Below are positions 13,590 through 25,319 of a stretch of 64,000 nt of DNA, in pieces; position 1 is the stretch's first letter, and the number at the start of each line of letters is the position of its first letter. The notes under the pieces are model-generated. The model was not told the DNA's origin. It saw only the letters and a program-made list of their open reading frames with translations, and did no database searches. The DNA lies in assembly GCA_013239625.1 (NCBI GenBank), contig MU054469.1, positions 15,735,513 to 15,799,512 of the forward strand. The letters are read 5' to 3'. The DNA comes from Lama guanicoe. Taxonomy: Eukaryota. A program made the position numbers and the translations under genes.

Positions 13590-14740
13590 CCTGGCTGTGG
13601 TAAGCAGAGGGTGCTGAGTCCCCACCAGCTTCCGCACCTGCATAGCGATGTTGCTGAGTTCGTCGCTCAGCAGGCAGCGGAGGCTCATGAAGGACGTGGG
13701 GTAGCCCACGATCTTCTCCGCCTCTGACACCACTTGGTTCCAGTGGGCCGGGGATCTGGAAGACTGACCACGCCAGGAGACCACCGAGAAGATGGTGTCG
13801 AGGGACGGGGACCACCACAGGCGACGCGGTGGGGCAGAGGCCCCGAAATAACCGGGCAAGCGCAAAAGCAGCTGCCGAAGGCTCATAGTTTGAGTCTGGG
13901 GGTGTCCGGGACTAGAAGGTGTCCGGAGGTGGCGCGGGAACGAGCCAGGGGTAGATGAGGAACCTGCAGGAACTAGGAGGAAGCGGCGATTCCTGACCCT
14001 CAGAGGAGGGTGGGTTCCTGGAGCTGTGACCAGAAAAGAACTTTAACTGCAGCTTTCTGCAGCCCGGGTTAGACAGATAACAGCCCTAACTCAGCGCTGC
14101 CCACGGCCATCTACGGCAGAAACCACGGCCAATGCCTAAATGGGGGACGCCATGTTGGAGGCTTGAAATGCGGCTTGCCGTAAAGACGGAGGCGGGCTGT
14201 TTAGCAAAGACTGTTTCCTACTTTACTGCACAGCCGTGAACGCACTGAAGGGGCGGGGCTTTGGAGGGGAACCTTGGAAGGCGAAGTTGGGTGGAAGGCC
14301 TCAGCTCCTCCCACCTCCTCATCCCGGTCTGCAAGGACGGAGGTCAGCAGCTATCCGGGTGTGGGCGCCGAGCTCCTCCGGGAAGCCTCTCGTAGCTGTC
14401 CGCCGCCAGCCTTGGATTGGTAGTGGACGGACGTGAGGGCTGCCTCTCGAACCATGGGGCTTCAGGAGCTGTGGGCCGCGGCTCCTGTACGGGGCGGGTG
14501 GAGCAAAAATCCGGACTTGAGGCTGAACTCCCGTGCCCTCAGCTCCCAACTGGACGAAAGGTGGTGTGGCCGGGCAGAAAGGTCCTCTCCCACCCCGCCC
14601 TGTCCCCTAGCCCGAGACTCTCCCTGTTCGGTTCCTGGCCTCGGTTCCCCTGTGTACAGCTGAGGCAGGATCAATCGTGCCTCCCACGTGGGTGCGGAGA
14701 CCACCTCTGGAAGGAAGCTTCGCTCACCATCCGGGATCCA
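13590..14740 (-). promoter_or_regulatory. PDSS2: CpG-island promoter / 5' UTR of PDSS2
   Basis: High GC and CpG against an AT-rich background. Contains a YY1-type motif (gacgccatgttgg, ~14146-14158), a GC box ggggcggggc (~14250-14259) and an E-box palindrome cccacgtggg (14683-14692). Confidence 0.85.
13591..13886 (-). CDS. PDSS2: Decaprenyl-diphosphate synthase subunit 2 (CoQ biosynthesis), coding exon 1
   Basis: The translation [99 protein letters not shown] matches the mammalian PDSS2 N-terminus, including an Arg-rich mitochondrial-presequence-like start. The 296 coding nt end at a canonical donor CAG|GTGAGC (GT at 13590-13589). Confidence 0.97.
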
Positions 14741-14749
14741 AAACTATCA

Positions 14750-14960
14750 CTGACTCTAGTGCTTTCCAGTTATAGCTCAGGTATTAGCTCATTTAATCCT
14801 TAAAACAACCCCATTAAGTAGATAATATTAGTATTCTCCATGATTCATATGAGGAAACGGAGGCAGAGCCAAGTCGTGTAAATTGCCTAAGGCCACACTA
14901 GGCTGGAAACAAGCCCAGACAATCTGGTTTCTGAATCCATGCTCTTAGCTACATTACTGT
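14750..14960 (-). mobile_element. MIR SINE
   Basis: ctcatttaatccttaaaacaacccc...tgaggaaacggaggcagag...ttgcctaaggccacac. Confidence 0.75.
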
Positions 14961-16117
14961 CTGTAAGTAACAGGCTACCAACCACTCTTCTCACTGTTGT
15001 CAATGTGGTTCTGTAATGCTGCCAGTTCTTTCATCAGGCATGTCTACAATTCTCCCCCCTTTCTCATCACCCAAAACAAGTGTTAACCCTTGTTAATAAT
15101 AAAGATATATTACCAAGTTTTACACCCTAAAAATAGCTAGTAAAACTCTCTTTAACTTTCAAAATCCTTTAAAATTCATAGTTGATATTTTTAAAATTAG
15201 CATCATGCATAATACTGGACTAGACTTGGGACTACATAAAAAAATCAGACTTAAAAACGGGCAAATTAAAAAGTATTCACTTTGCACAAAAGATGCTTTT
15301 TTCTAAAAAGATTTAGCCTCAAACTCCCTCTAAATGGAAAATTTCCCTTGTGATTTAAAAATCAGATTTTATTTCCAAAAATTCAGTTTAGGCATTACTT
15401 TTCAGGGGTACATTTAAATATAGTGAATTATGCTCATCAGTATTAAACACAGTCTATGTCCACTAAACAAATAAGGCAAGCTGAAATTCAAAAATAATTC
15501 CTGTGAAGGCGATAACAAACTTCTGACAATAAGATTCAGGTCTGTTCTAGATGAAAATAAATATGGAAAGTGAGATATCTTACCATTCCAAAAAGTTCCA
15601 AGGCCTGAACTTCTGGGTTATCCAAGGTGAAAGAACTCATGAAAAAATGAAGAGAGATAAAAGACTGAATGTAATATATTGTGCATGTGAGGCTGTTTCT
15701 TCGGAATCATGGTACCTTAAGACTAACTTTTCAAGCAATTTCCTTAATACCAATTCACAGCATGTACTTTAATTTCACCACAGAAGCCAAGTGCATTATT
15801 CTCTGGTCATACTCTATTAACCAAGTTTTTGATTATTCATGGGACTTTAAATATCAGCTCTTCCCTTTATTCTTACTGTTAAAAGGTTGCATTATACCTA
15901 ATGATAATCAGTTTTTAGAAGGTTAAAATGGTATCTGTTATTTAATCTTCCAGATAAATATATAACTCCTTCAAGTCTTTCTGCCTGAAGACATTTCTGA
16001 ATTGCTAGTAAATTATGGCAGTGCAAAGAGGGGGAGTATCTGGGATTCCGCCCTTCCTCTGCCACTAGATAATAGTCATTTTGAGGGTATCTGTGAATGT
16101 GTACACAAAGAAAGAAT

Positions 16118-16365
16118 ACATTATTTCTTACCTTGGCATTATTGACATTTTGGACCAGATAATACTTATTATGGGAGGCCGTGTTTGGGGAATGGGAACC
16201 TTGAAGGCTGTCCTGTGCAGAGTAGGATGTTTAGCAGCATCCCTGGCCTCTACTCACTTGATGCCAGCAGTACCCCCCCCCAAGTTGTTACAACCAGATT
16301 TGTCTGAGGACATGGCCAAGTGTCCTCTGGGGTGAGGAGGGAGTAAAGTCACCCATGAGAATACA
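16118..16365 (+). mobile_element. MER20 (hAT-Charlie)
   Basis: ggcattattgacattttggaccagataat...ctgtcctgtgcagagtaggatgtttagcagcatccctggcctctactcacttgatgccagcag...catggccaagtgtcctctgggg. Confidence 0.85.
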
Positions 16366-17989
16366 GGGAAATGGGAGATGCTGGGGGAAAAAAAATCCAC
16401 TCATGACATTTACTTCTACAAAGCAGCAAAAGGAATCCATGCACAGGGACATCTTCTCTTTGGCTTTGGGGTTGTTCTGAAGACACTGAGCTGACAAAAG
16501 ATGTTCACACTTACTCCTTCACCTTTCTCAGGATCCTGAAGCTGGTAGAGTGCCAGTGGACTTCACTTACTATCCTCTGTGTGTTCTGCTGACCTTAGAA
16601 AGAAGTGAAGTTAAATTTGATGTCCTTTTCTTTGGCTGGAAACTCAAACCAGGCTTTGGAAATACAAGGTCTTAACAAGCATGGTGTATGCTTTGGGCTT
16701 TGGCATTTCTGTGATTAGTAGAGTGGAAATAGATAGGGACACTGCAGCCACCCTTATTCTTTCACCCCCAACATAATCACCTATTGTTTATGCTGAGAGA
16801 GTTCTTCCAAAAACAGATGAAAGCATGGCCATATACCTTGGGGCAGAACGATAAAAGGAGGCAAGTAATCAGATTAGCAAAAATCCAAAAGTTTGACCAC
16901 CTACTGAGTTGGCAGGCTAGAGAACAGGGATGGTACATATTGCCAGTGAGAATGTAAAAGGCATACTGTGCAAGATCATTTGATAATCCCTAGCACAATT
17001 ACATATATGTTTATATAATATGTAACTACATACATTTACATTTGACCCAAAAATCCCAATTCTAGAAATCCTTCCCCAAATACAAAATGACTTATGCACA
17101 AGGCTGTATAGTGTTATCTGTAATAGCAAAAGATTGGAAACAAACCAAATAACCACAAGTAGGGGACTAGTTGAATAACCTGGGGTAGATCCATGCAATG
17201 AAACACAGTATATAACTCTAAAAATAGAATTAGGGCCATCTCTTTTTTTTAATTTGATAAACATTAAAATTTAAAACTTTAATACATTAATAATACTTGT
17301 ATCAAATATAAGATATGAGTTGATACTTTTTCTTTGTGAAACATTCTTATAAATCAATGAGAAAAGCACTAAAACTATCTCTTTACACTGATGTGGAGTG
17401 ATCTCTGGAATTTATATCAGCTTTAAACAACAACACAACCAAGGTGCAGAATAGAATAGTATGCTTTTTTGGTAAGATACATATTTATATACATTTGGGA
17501 TGGGGGAAAACAGGTGGACGGGACTGGCGTGGAAGCAGGCTACTCTGATGAATATACCTCATACCTAAACTCAAAACTATATAGTTTTGAGTTTAGAATC
17601 ATGTATAGACATATTCAAAATAATTTTAAATTAAAATGAAAAATGTAATTCCTAAAATTTGAAAACAACTAAAGCAAATTACCTAACTGTATATTAAGTT
17701 GGTGGCATAATCACACCAAGTAAACAATTAAATGACTTTAGAAAATAGTGTTTTCACTGTACATTCATAGAGGAATATATTTTTAGGATAAATAGATTTA
17801 CAAAAAAGTCTTAAACTTTATTCAGTAGTCTTATTGCTGGTAGAAATATAGATAGTATTACCTTCAAACTGTTCTTGTTTATTACAGGTAAAAACCAATA
17901 TTAGAGTTGTTAGGAATGATTATCAGAGAAGTAGAATCCATGTAAGGTTAAAGGTGAATTGGGAATATGAACTAGTGATTCTGTCTTTT

Positions 17990-18082
17990 AAAAAAAAATT
18001 TTTAATGGTGGTAATGGGGATTCAACCCAGGACCTCATGCATACTAAGTATTCACTCTACCACTGAACTATAACCTCCCTCC
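17990..18082 (-). mobile_element. Vic-1-like camelid tRNA-derived SINE
   Basis: The reverse complement reads ggagggaggttatagttcagtggtagagtg...catgaggtcctgggttgaatccccattaccaccattaaaaa: A and B boxes plus an A-rich tail. Confidence 0.8.
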
Positions 18083-18614
18083 TTGATTTTGCCTTCTTAA
18101 AAATGTTTCTTCTATCCAAACAGGAGAATTTTTACATTTATTGAAGAAGAAAAAAACATTTACTTGTTTTATCCCTCAAAAAGCCCTAGAAGTAATGATA
18201 ATCGTGTACCAGTGAGCACCTTTAGCATTCATGTCATATTCTCAATATATCACTTCTTATTAAAATAAAGGAAGTTCTTTGGAGGAATGGCAGATGTCAG
18301 GTCTGGGGCTAGAAATGCACGTGATGATCCTGGGACACCCTGTTTGGTGAATCAAGGAAACTATTAAAGTCTAAAGTCTAATGGAATAGGTCAAAGGGAA
18401 AGAGTGATTGGCATAAAGGAGCTTCCACTGGCTGAAAAGGGGACACTCTGAGCCTCAAAAAAGAGAAGCCAACTACAACTGATTGAAATTCATTGATGAC
18501 ATATAAATCCTTGGGTTGATTATTAGACATAACTAGAGCAATACACTGAGTATTTGCAATATAATGAAAGAATTGAGCATTTATTCTGCCTTTCCTGTAT
18601 GACTTACATTTAGT

Positions 18615-19100
18615 GGTGTCTTAGCCTGGCTTACCCCCTTGGAAGCTGAACATGAGACAAGGGCTTACTTTCAGATAGTTTATTTTGGACAGTGATCTCG
18701 GGAAACAGCAGTGGATGACTAGGAGAGTGAAACAGGAAAAGTCAATACAAGTGTGTTCTTGAGTTAGTCATCACTGTGGGCAAGTAAGGCCTTGAGCCTG
18801 CTGGGCCCCCTTAAGTTGCTACGAGAATATATTCTTCAGCTTGATGCAAGAGAGGAGCAGTTATCTACCAGCTTCCATCTCCCACTGGTCCAAATTTACC
18901 CCTTGGGACCTTAGCCCCCTCACTCTTCTAAGTTGTCACGAAGTCAGAGGAACTCAGGGGACAGAACATGAAATGTATGCAGTACAAATGAAGAGAGGTG
19001 CTGTCAGTTTACTCCCGCAGGAAGCAGGTTGTTTCAGCAATGGCTACAGTAGGAGTCAGGCTGGGAGGATGTGAAACTGGGAACACATGCCTCTTCTAAT
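18615..19100. mobile_element. ERVL-type solo LTR (LTR33/LTR16-like)
   Basis: tgtcttagcctggcttacccccttggaagctgaacatgagacaagggctt...tagtttattttgg...catcactgtgggcaa. Confidence 0.55.
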
Positions 19101-20209
19101 GTGGTAACCAAATAGTTCGGGCTGATGAGAGAAAGTTTATAACACAATTCCATCTGATAGAAGGGGAACAAAGGACAGAATTAGGAAATCACCATATTGT
19201 AATTCCTTATGAAATAATTCAGGCAGCAATCAATAGATGAGAGGCTGGTGGGGAATTCCACAGTGGAGGCAGCAGGCTGACACTACCTGCAACCACTAAC
19301 CAATCTCAGCATCACTAGAAGTGGGGAGTCCACACAGCTGTGCCTCTTATTGTGGTTCATTATGAAATACATAGCACAACCTGTGAAATATTCTTGCCAA
19401 ACTAGGTGAATCTAAATTGCTTCAAGCTTGTAGGTCTAACTTCCAATTTTCTAGAACAAGTGAAAGAGCTTCACAAGGAAGCAAACAGATCAATCCAGCA
19501 AGTAAGATATTCTATAAGCCAACAAGACAAGGGGGTAAAATGGGAATGAGTAAAAAGACTCTTCTACATTGAAAGATTTTTAAGGGGTATGCCAAACCAA
19601 GTGTAATTTGTGGACCTTGTCTGGATCCTGATTCTTATAAGCCAACGGTAAAAAAAAAAAGTAAGTTTTGAGACATTTAAAGAAATCTGATATATAGTTT
19701 TGATATATTAGATATTGTAAAAAATTATTAATTTTATGTGAGTTTATAAGAAAATGTCCATATTTTTAAGCAATGCATACAGGGATAGAATAACACAATG
19801 TTGGGAATTTGCTTTAAGATGCTTTAGAAGGGGAAAAAAGAAATGAAGCAAGTGCTAAAATCTAGGAAGTTGTTGATTCAGGATGATAAGTATGTGATAT
19901 TTGTTATTCAATTTTGTGTATGGTTGAATATTTGCATAATAAAAAAATTAAAGAGGCAAGTAAATATTCTCATCCCTTTTTTTAAAATAAATGGAAGTCA
20001 GTCAAGTAAATTGCCCAAAATCATAAAGCTGGAAAGTGGTAGAGCTAGAATTAAAGCTCCTCTCACTCCTTCCCCTATATCCTGTTGTCTTTAGAATTGA
20101 ATGCATTTGTTTATTTATTTGTTTATTTTCTGGCGTCAGGTACACATAACTGCTTCTTAACACACTTGCATCATTGGGTCACACACTGTTCTTTTTTGTT
20201 TTATTAAGG

Positions 20210-20730
20210 TTGTTAGTAGTCTCCAGGATAGTGCCTAGTGACCCCTGCATCCTAATAGTCATACCCTGTGTAGGCCCCTTCCACCTTGTCTTGGAGTTGG
20301 TATGTGTGATCAGTAGCATCCAGCAAAAGTCATGGTGTGTTAGTTCAATAGTAGTTTTATGAGAGACATTGCAGCTTCTATCTTGGGCTCTCTCTTACTC
20401 ATATTCTCTTTCTCTCTCTCTCTCTGAGTGCTTGCTTTGGTGGGGGAAGCTATGTCATGAGCAGTCCTATGGAGAGGCCTTTGTGACAAGGAACTGAGAC
20501 TTATGCCGAGAGCCCTGTGAATGAGCCCTGTTGGAAGCAGATCCTCCAGCTCTTTTAGAGACTGCAGCCCTGACTCACAACTACTGTAACCTCATGAGAG
20601 ACTCTGACCCAAACCACCCAGCTAAGATGCACCCAGATGCCTGACCCAAGAAACGATGTGAAACAACAGATACTGTTTTAAGTTGCTAAATTATAGGAAA
20701 ACTTGTTATGCTATAATAAAAAAGAACACA
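20210..20730 (+). mobile_element. MLT1 (ERVL-MaLR) solo LTR, MLT1F-like
   Basis: gagcagtcctatggagaggcc...gaagcagatcctccagc...aaccacccagctaagatgcacccagatgcctgaccc...tgttttaagttgctaaatt...ttgttatgc. Confidence 0.8.
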
Positions 20731-20815
20731 AATATCTATTAATCTTTGTATAATATAATATATACAGTAAACCCACCACCAGCACAAGAACTAGAATATT
20801 GAAAATAGCTTACTT

Positions 20816-20944
20816 TTTTTTAAAATTTATTTTGGGGGGGTAATTAGGTTTACTTATCTTTTTTTTTTTTTCAATTGGATTGAACCCAGGACCTTGTGCA
20901 TCCTAAGCTCACACTCTACCATTGATCTATACCTCCCCCCAACC
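20816..20944 (-). mobile_element. Vic-1-like camelid SINE with TSD
   Basis: ttggggggggtaattaggtttactt...ggattgaacccaggaccttgtgcatcctaagctcacactctaccattgatctatacctccccc. TSD aaatagcttactt (20803-20815) / aaacagcttactt (20945-20957). Confidence 0.8.
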
Positions 20945-21565
20945 AAACAGCTTACTTCTGACTGTGTGGCCTTCCTCCATCCCATTCTCCTTACTTCTTT
21001 AACTCAAAGTTATCTTTATCTTGAATTTGTATTTATCATTCTTATGATTTTTAAAACACATAGTTTAATACTATATGTATTCCTAAAAGGTATATTATTT
21101 AGTTCGTTATTTTTAGCTTAAAAAGTAGGTTCCATGCTAGATGTAATTTTCTGTGACCTTTTTTCCTTACTCAACATTATTTTGCTGAGATGCACCCATA
21201 TTGATGTTTATAGTGGCAGTTCATTTGCTTTGACTGCTGTATAATATCCACTGGGTGAATATACCATACTTTATCCCTTCTGTCAATGGGCATTTGGATT
21301 GCTTCCAGATTTTTTTTCCCCTATTACAACAATGTTGCCGTGAAGAAGTTTACAGATGCTTCCAGGTTCACATGTCAAGAGCCTACATCTAGCATTGGAA
21401 TTACTGAGTTGCAGAGTATGTAAATATTTGATTTTAATAGACAATCCCAAACAGCTTTCCAAAGTGGCTTTTCTAGTTTACACTTCCACCAGCCATTTAC
21501 AAGAGATCTTGTTGATCACACCCTCTCAACAGTTGATATTGTCAGGCTTCTTAAAATTTCCAACA

Positions 21566-22876
21566 CAAGAGAAAGAAATAAAAGGGATCTAAATTGGAAA
21601 AGAAGAGGTAAAAGTGTCATTATATGCTGATGACATGCTACTATATTTAGAAAACCCTAAAAGGTCCACACAAAAGCTACTAGAGCTGATTGACGAATTC
21701 AGCAAGGTAGGAGGTTACAAAATCAACGTTCAAAAGTCAGTTGCATTTCTTTACACTAACGATAAATCAACAGAAAAAGAAAGTAAAGAAACAATCCCCT
21801 TTAAAATAGCACCCAAAGTAATAAAATATCTGGGAATAAATCTAACCAAGGAGGTGAAAGAATTATACACNNNNNNNNNNNNNNNNNNNNNNNNNNNNNN
21901 NNNNNNNNNNNNNNNNNNNNNNNNNNNNNNNNNNNNNNNNNNNNNNNNNNNNNNNNNNNNNNNNNNNNNNNNNNNNNNNNNNNNNNNNNNNNNNNNNNNN
22001 NNNNNNNNNNNNNNNNNNNNNNNNNNNNNATATTTCACAGAACTAGAACAAATCATAATAAAATTTATATGGAACCATCAAAGACCTAGANNNNNNNNNN
22101 NNNNNNNNNNNNNNNNNNNNNNNNNNNNNNNNNNNNNNNNNAAACAGTGTGGAGATTCCTCAAAAGACTAGGAATAGACTTACCATATGACCCAGGAATC
22201 CCACTCCTGGGCTTGTATCCAGAAGGAAATCTACTTCAGGANNNNNNNNNNNNNNNNNNNNNNNNNNNNNNNNNNNNNNNNNNNNNNNNNNNNNNNNNNN
22301 NNNNNNNNNNNNNNNNNNNNNNNNNNNNNNNNNNNNNNNNNNNNNNNNNNNNNNNNNNNNNNNNNNNNNNNNNNNNNNNNNNNNNNNNNNNNNNNNCATT
22401 TGCAGCAACATGGATGCTCCTAGAGAATGTCATTCTAAGTGAAGTAAGCCAGAAAGAGAAAGAAAAATACCATATGAGATTGTTCATATGTGGAATCTAA
22501 AAAACAAAAACAAAAACAAACAAGCAAACAAAAACAAAGCATAAATAAAGGACAGAAATAGACTCACAGACAGAGAATACAGACTTGTGGTTACCAGGGG
22601 GGTGGAGGATGGGAAGGGATAGACTGGGATTTTAAAATTGTAGAATAGATAAACGAGATTACACTGTATAGCACAGGGAAATATACACAAAATATTATGA
22701 TAACTCACAGAGGAAAAAATGTGACAATGAGTGTGTGTATGTCCATGAATGACTGAAAAATTGTGCTGAACAACAAATATTTATGTGGTGTCTATTCTTC
22801 AGCGGACACTGTATTAAAAGTGGAGATGTTGACACAACATTGTAAAATGATTATAAATCAATAAAAAATGTTAAAA
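21566..22876 (+). mobile_element. Young 5'-truncated LINE-1 (ORF2 RT C-terminal part, 3' UTR, A tail) inserted into an older antisense L1ME-like element
   Basis: ORF2 peptides [31 protein letters not shown]...[39 protein letters not shown] and FAATWMLLENVILSEVSQ. Perfect 13-bp TSD aaaatttccaaca (21553-21565, 22877-22889) at a TT|AAAA endonuclease site. In-frame stop near the 5' junction. Confidence 0.95.
22771..22828 (-). repeat. Exact 58-bp inverted copy of 23700-23757 embedded in the L1 3' end
   Basis: caacaaatatttatgtggtgtctattcttcagcggacactgtattaaaagtggagatg is the exact reverse complement of 23700-23757; the match breaks at both next bases. Confidence 0.95.
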
Positions 22877-23929
22877 AAAATTTCCAACAAATGTGTATAA
22901 AATGGAATTTCATTACAGTAGGAATCTGCATTTCCCACATCACTGAATGTCCTTTCCATCTTACAGATTAGCCTTCAAAGATGATGTGGGAAAGTATATA
23001 TGACTACAATTCTTTATTTTAATTGTCTCTATTTAATTTTTAGGTCTTCCTTTCTCAAATCCTCCCTCCCCGTGTTCCCAATAGTCCTTTCTTGCCATCT
23101 TCTAATGTTCTTAGTTTTGACCTTAGGACAACTATAATTAGGGAGGAAATGGACCAAGACTACTCTCCTTTTTTCCTAGTTTCTCTCCCTACAGGGCAGC
23201 AATGTGGAATTGACTAGCAATGCTGCTAGTTAATTTCCCACTAGGATTAGCTCAATGAGGGCAGAACTTGTTCCCTTTCGTTTACAAAGACCCTTTCTGG
23301 GAGACTATTTTCTTTTATGAACTTGAAATGAAAAAAATAATCTGCTGAGTTTTTTACTTGAACATAGACAGCATTAAAAATGGTTAGCAATCTGAGTTCT
23401 ACACCTCTGTCCTGAATATTATCATTTTAACCTTTTTAACCCTTTTAAACAAAAGTTTGAAACAAAAGTAGATGATCTCTGTGGTTCAGTTAAGTATCAA
23501 AATGTTTTTATTCCATGAACAAAATTAACTAGTAGACTAATCTGGTCCTTATGGTCACTTCATTCTCTCTCTCTGTCTCAGTCTCTGATCCAACCAACCC
23601 AGTTAATCTTGGCATTAACATAGGTTGAGATGCGAGATCCATAAGGAGGATTTCAGAGAGGACTCTACCATCCTTCTTTAATTGCTCTGTTTGTCATTGC
23701 ATCTCCACTTTTAATACAGTGTCCGCTGAAGAATAGACACCACATAAATATTTGTTGGTCAGTTGAATGCATAATGATTAAATGAGCTAGGTCTTTATTC
23801 TCTATTCCTACCTTCACTCCACTATCACACTCAAAGTTAAAAGTTATTTGAGTTGTATTTTATTTATGATAAGATCAGGAAGCCCAGAGCAGAGAACATC
23901 TCCATGACCACAAGTTCAGCTAGTTCTCC

Positions 23930-24075
23930 ATTGCCTTTTAAACATTTCTCACAAAGACCAAAAAATCACCACAACCAACTGAATCAAAATGTCTGGGCAT
24001 AAGGACCAGGTATCAGTATTTTTCAAATACTCCTCAGGAGATTCTAACATACAACCAAGGTTGTAAATCATTAAT
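23930..24075. mobile_element. MER5A-like (hAT-Charlie) fragment
   Basis: caactgaatcaaaatgtctgggcataaggaccaggtatcagtatttttcaaatactcctcaggagattctaacatacaaccaaggttg. Confidence 0.65.
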
Positions 24076-25319
24076 CTAGAATAATTATAATCTAACCTTT
24101 TTTTCTCATATCTCATTGGTTCTTTCTCTTCCCCTCCTTCCTCTACCCTACCCCATCATTCTATCTCGTCCTTTCTGTCTACTTTCCTTCTTTATTTTCT
24201 CTTTGTTTTTTTTTTTTCCAAGAAGTATATAGGTCAGACTACATCCCCTAGGGTTCTAGAGAAAATGTGACAGAATTCTATACACAGAAAAATCCTCCTT
24301 TTGTTTTGTAGATTGGATATATAGGTAATATCAGGACATACTGCATTTAATATATGTATAAAAGCTGACAACTTCAAATTATAGAGTTTTTTGACTCTAT
24401 AATTTGACAATGACAAAAAGCATTTTGTCAGTAACTGCTGCCCTATAAATCTAGCCCCTAAATTACCTGATAATATTTTCTCTGTCTTAAAAATGCAGTT
24501 TTCTTCTAAAATTGGAAAATGTTTTATTCAGAGATGGATGGATCTATGGGAGAAAAAATCAAATCAGTATGGTCAGTTAATTCTAAGAAATCACTTCACA
24601 CATTTACTGAAACAATTCGGTCAAACCATTCTTTTCATAAGTTCAATGACCAGTTCAATTAAATAAGTCAGTTTGAAGCCCCATGTAGACTAACACTAAT
24701 TCCTGTCTAGAAATAGCTAGTAAAAATCCCCCAAATTAGAGACATCATATGCAAATGCTATTATGATATGGCCCATAGATAAGTGGATCTTTAAAAACTA
24801 TTTTTTTCCCAAATAAAGATGACATATCTGAAATGAGAGGGAGAAAGAGAAGGAGATTCCATTATTAACCTTGGACTTACGGAAGAAGTGATATCAGCTT
24901 GCTGGGCTAAAAAGAATCTGTGCAAGACCATCTGAGAAGATCAGGTGATTAGGAAAAATCATATGAGGTCATTTCCCAACAGCTGACACCCACATAAGAG
25001 AGATGTCCTTATCAACTGCTATGATATCAGAGCTGTTTCTCAAACATATCCTGGTTTAAATCATTCAGAAGAGCTTGCTGTGATATTTTCTGTTCTTTGA
25101 AACCATGCCATAAACAAACATCTGTAATAAATATGTTTGAATATTATACGGCTGGTATGACGATGTTGGGAGTAATAGGTCTGAAGTACATAACCAAATA
25201 AAAGGAATATACTGATGTCAAAGAGAGTTAAAAGTTGCTTTATTTTTCTAAGAATAAGAGACTGGGTCCCCATAGTCTAAACAAGGAAGCATCTATAAGA
25301 CGCTGTTTCCATGGAGAGT

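Larger units (their letters stand above)
1..13590 (-). other. PDSS2: PDSS2 intron 1 (5' part; continues beyond the window)
   Basis: Lies downstream of the exon 1 donor on the minus strand. No further PDSS2 coding sequence recognised; AT-rich and repeat-rich. Confidence 0.85.
16860..19955 (+). mobile_element. Mosaic of old L1M (L1MC/L1ME-like) fragments with nested SINE and LTR
   Basis: tttgacccaaaaatcccaattctagaaat, gcaaaagattggaaacaaaccaaat, tgtaatttgtggaccttgtctggatcctgattc and similar L1M 3' motifs. Confidence 0.55.

Noticed and set aside
13669-13886. PDSS2 N-terminus MSLRQLL resembles the internal MSLRCLL (Met67)
   Set aside because: The match is short and the internal motif belongs to the conserved domain. 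It is most likely coincidence, with no evidence of duplication or an alternative start.
14236-14803. Several 66-128 aa ORFs upstream of PDSS2 suggesting a divergent gene
   Set aside because: Typical CpG-island chance ORFs, mostly with non-ATG starts, running into a MIR; no splice or homology support.
17990-18082. tRNA-like sequences (also 20816-20944 and 37247-37382) as tRNA genes
   Set aside because: Degenerate stems, A-rich tails and TSDs identify them as SINEs.
21614-22500. Reverse-transcriptase-like ORF with YADD motif as a novel RT system
   Set aside because: It is ordinary LINE-1 ORF2 from a 5'-truncated copy with a stop codon, TSD and A tail.
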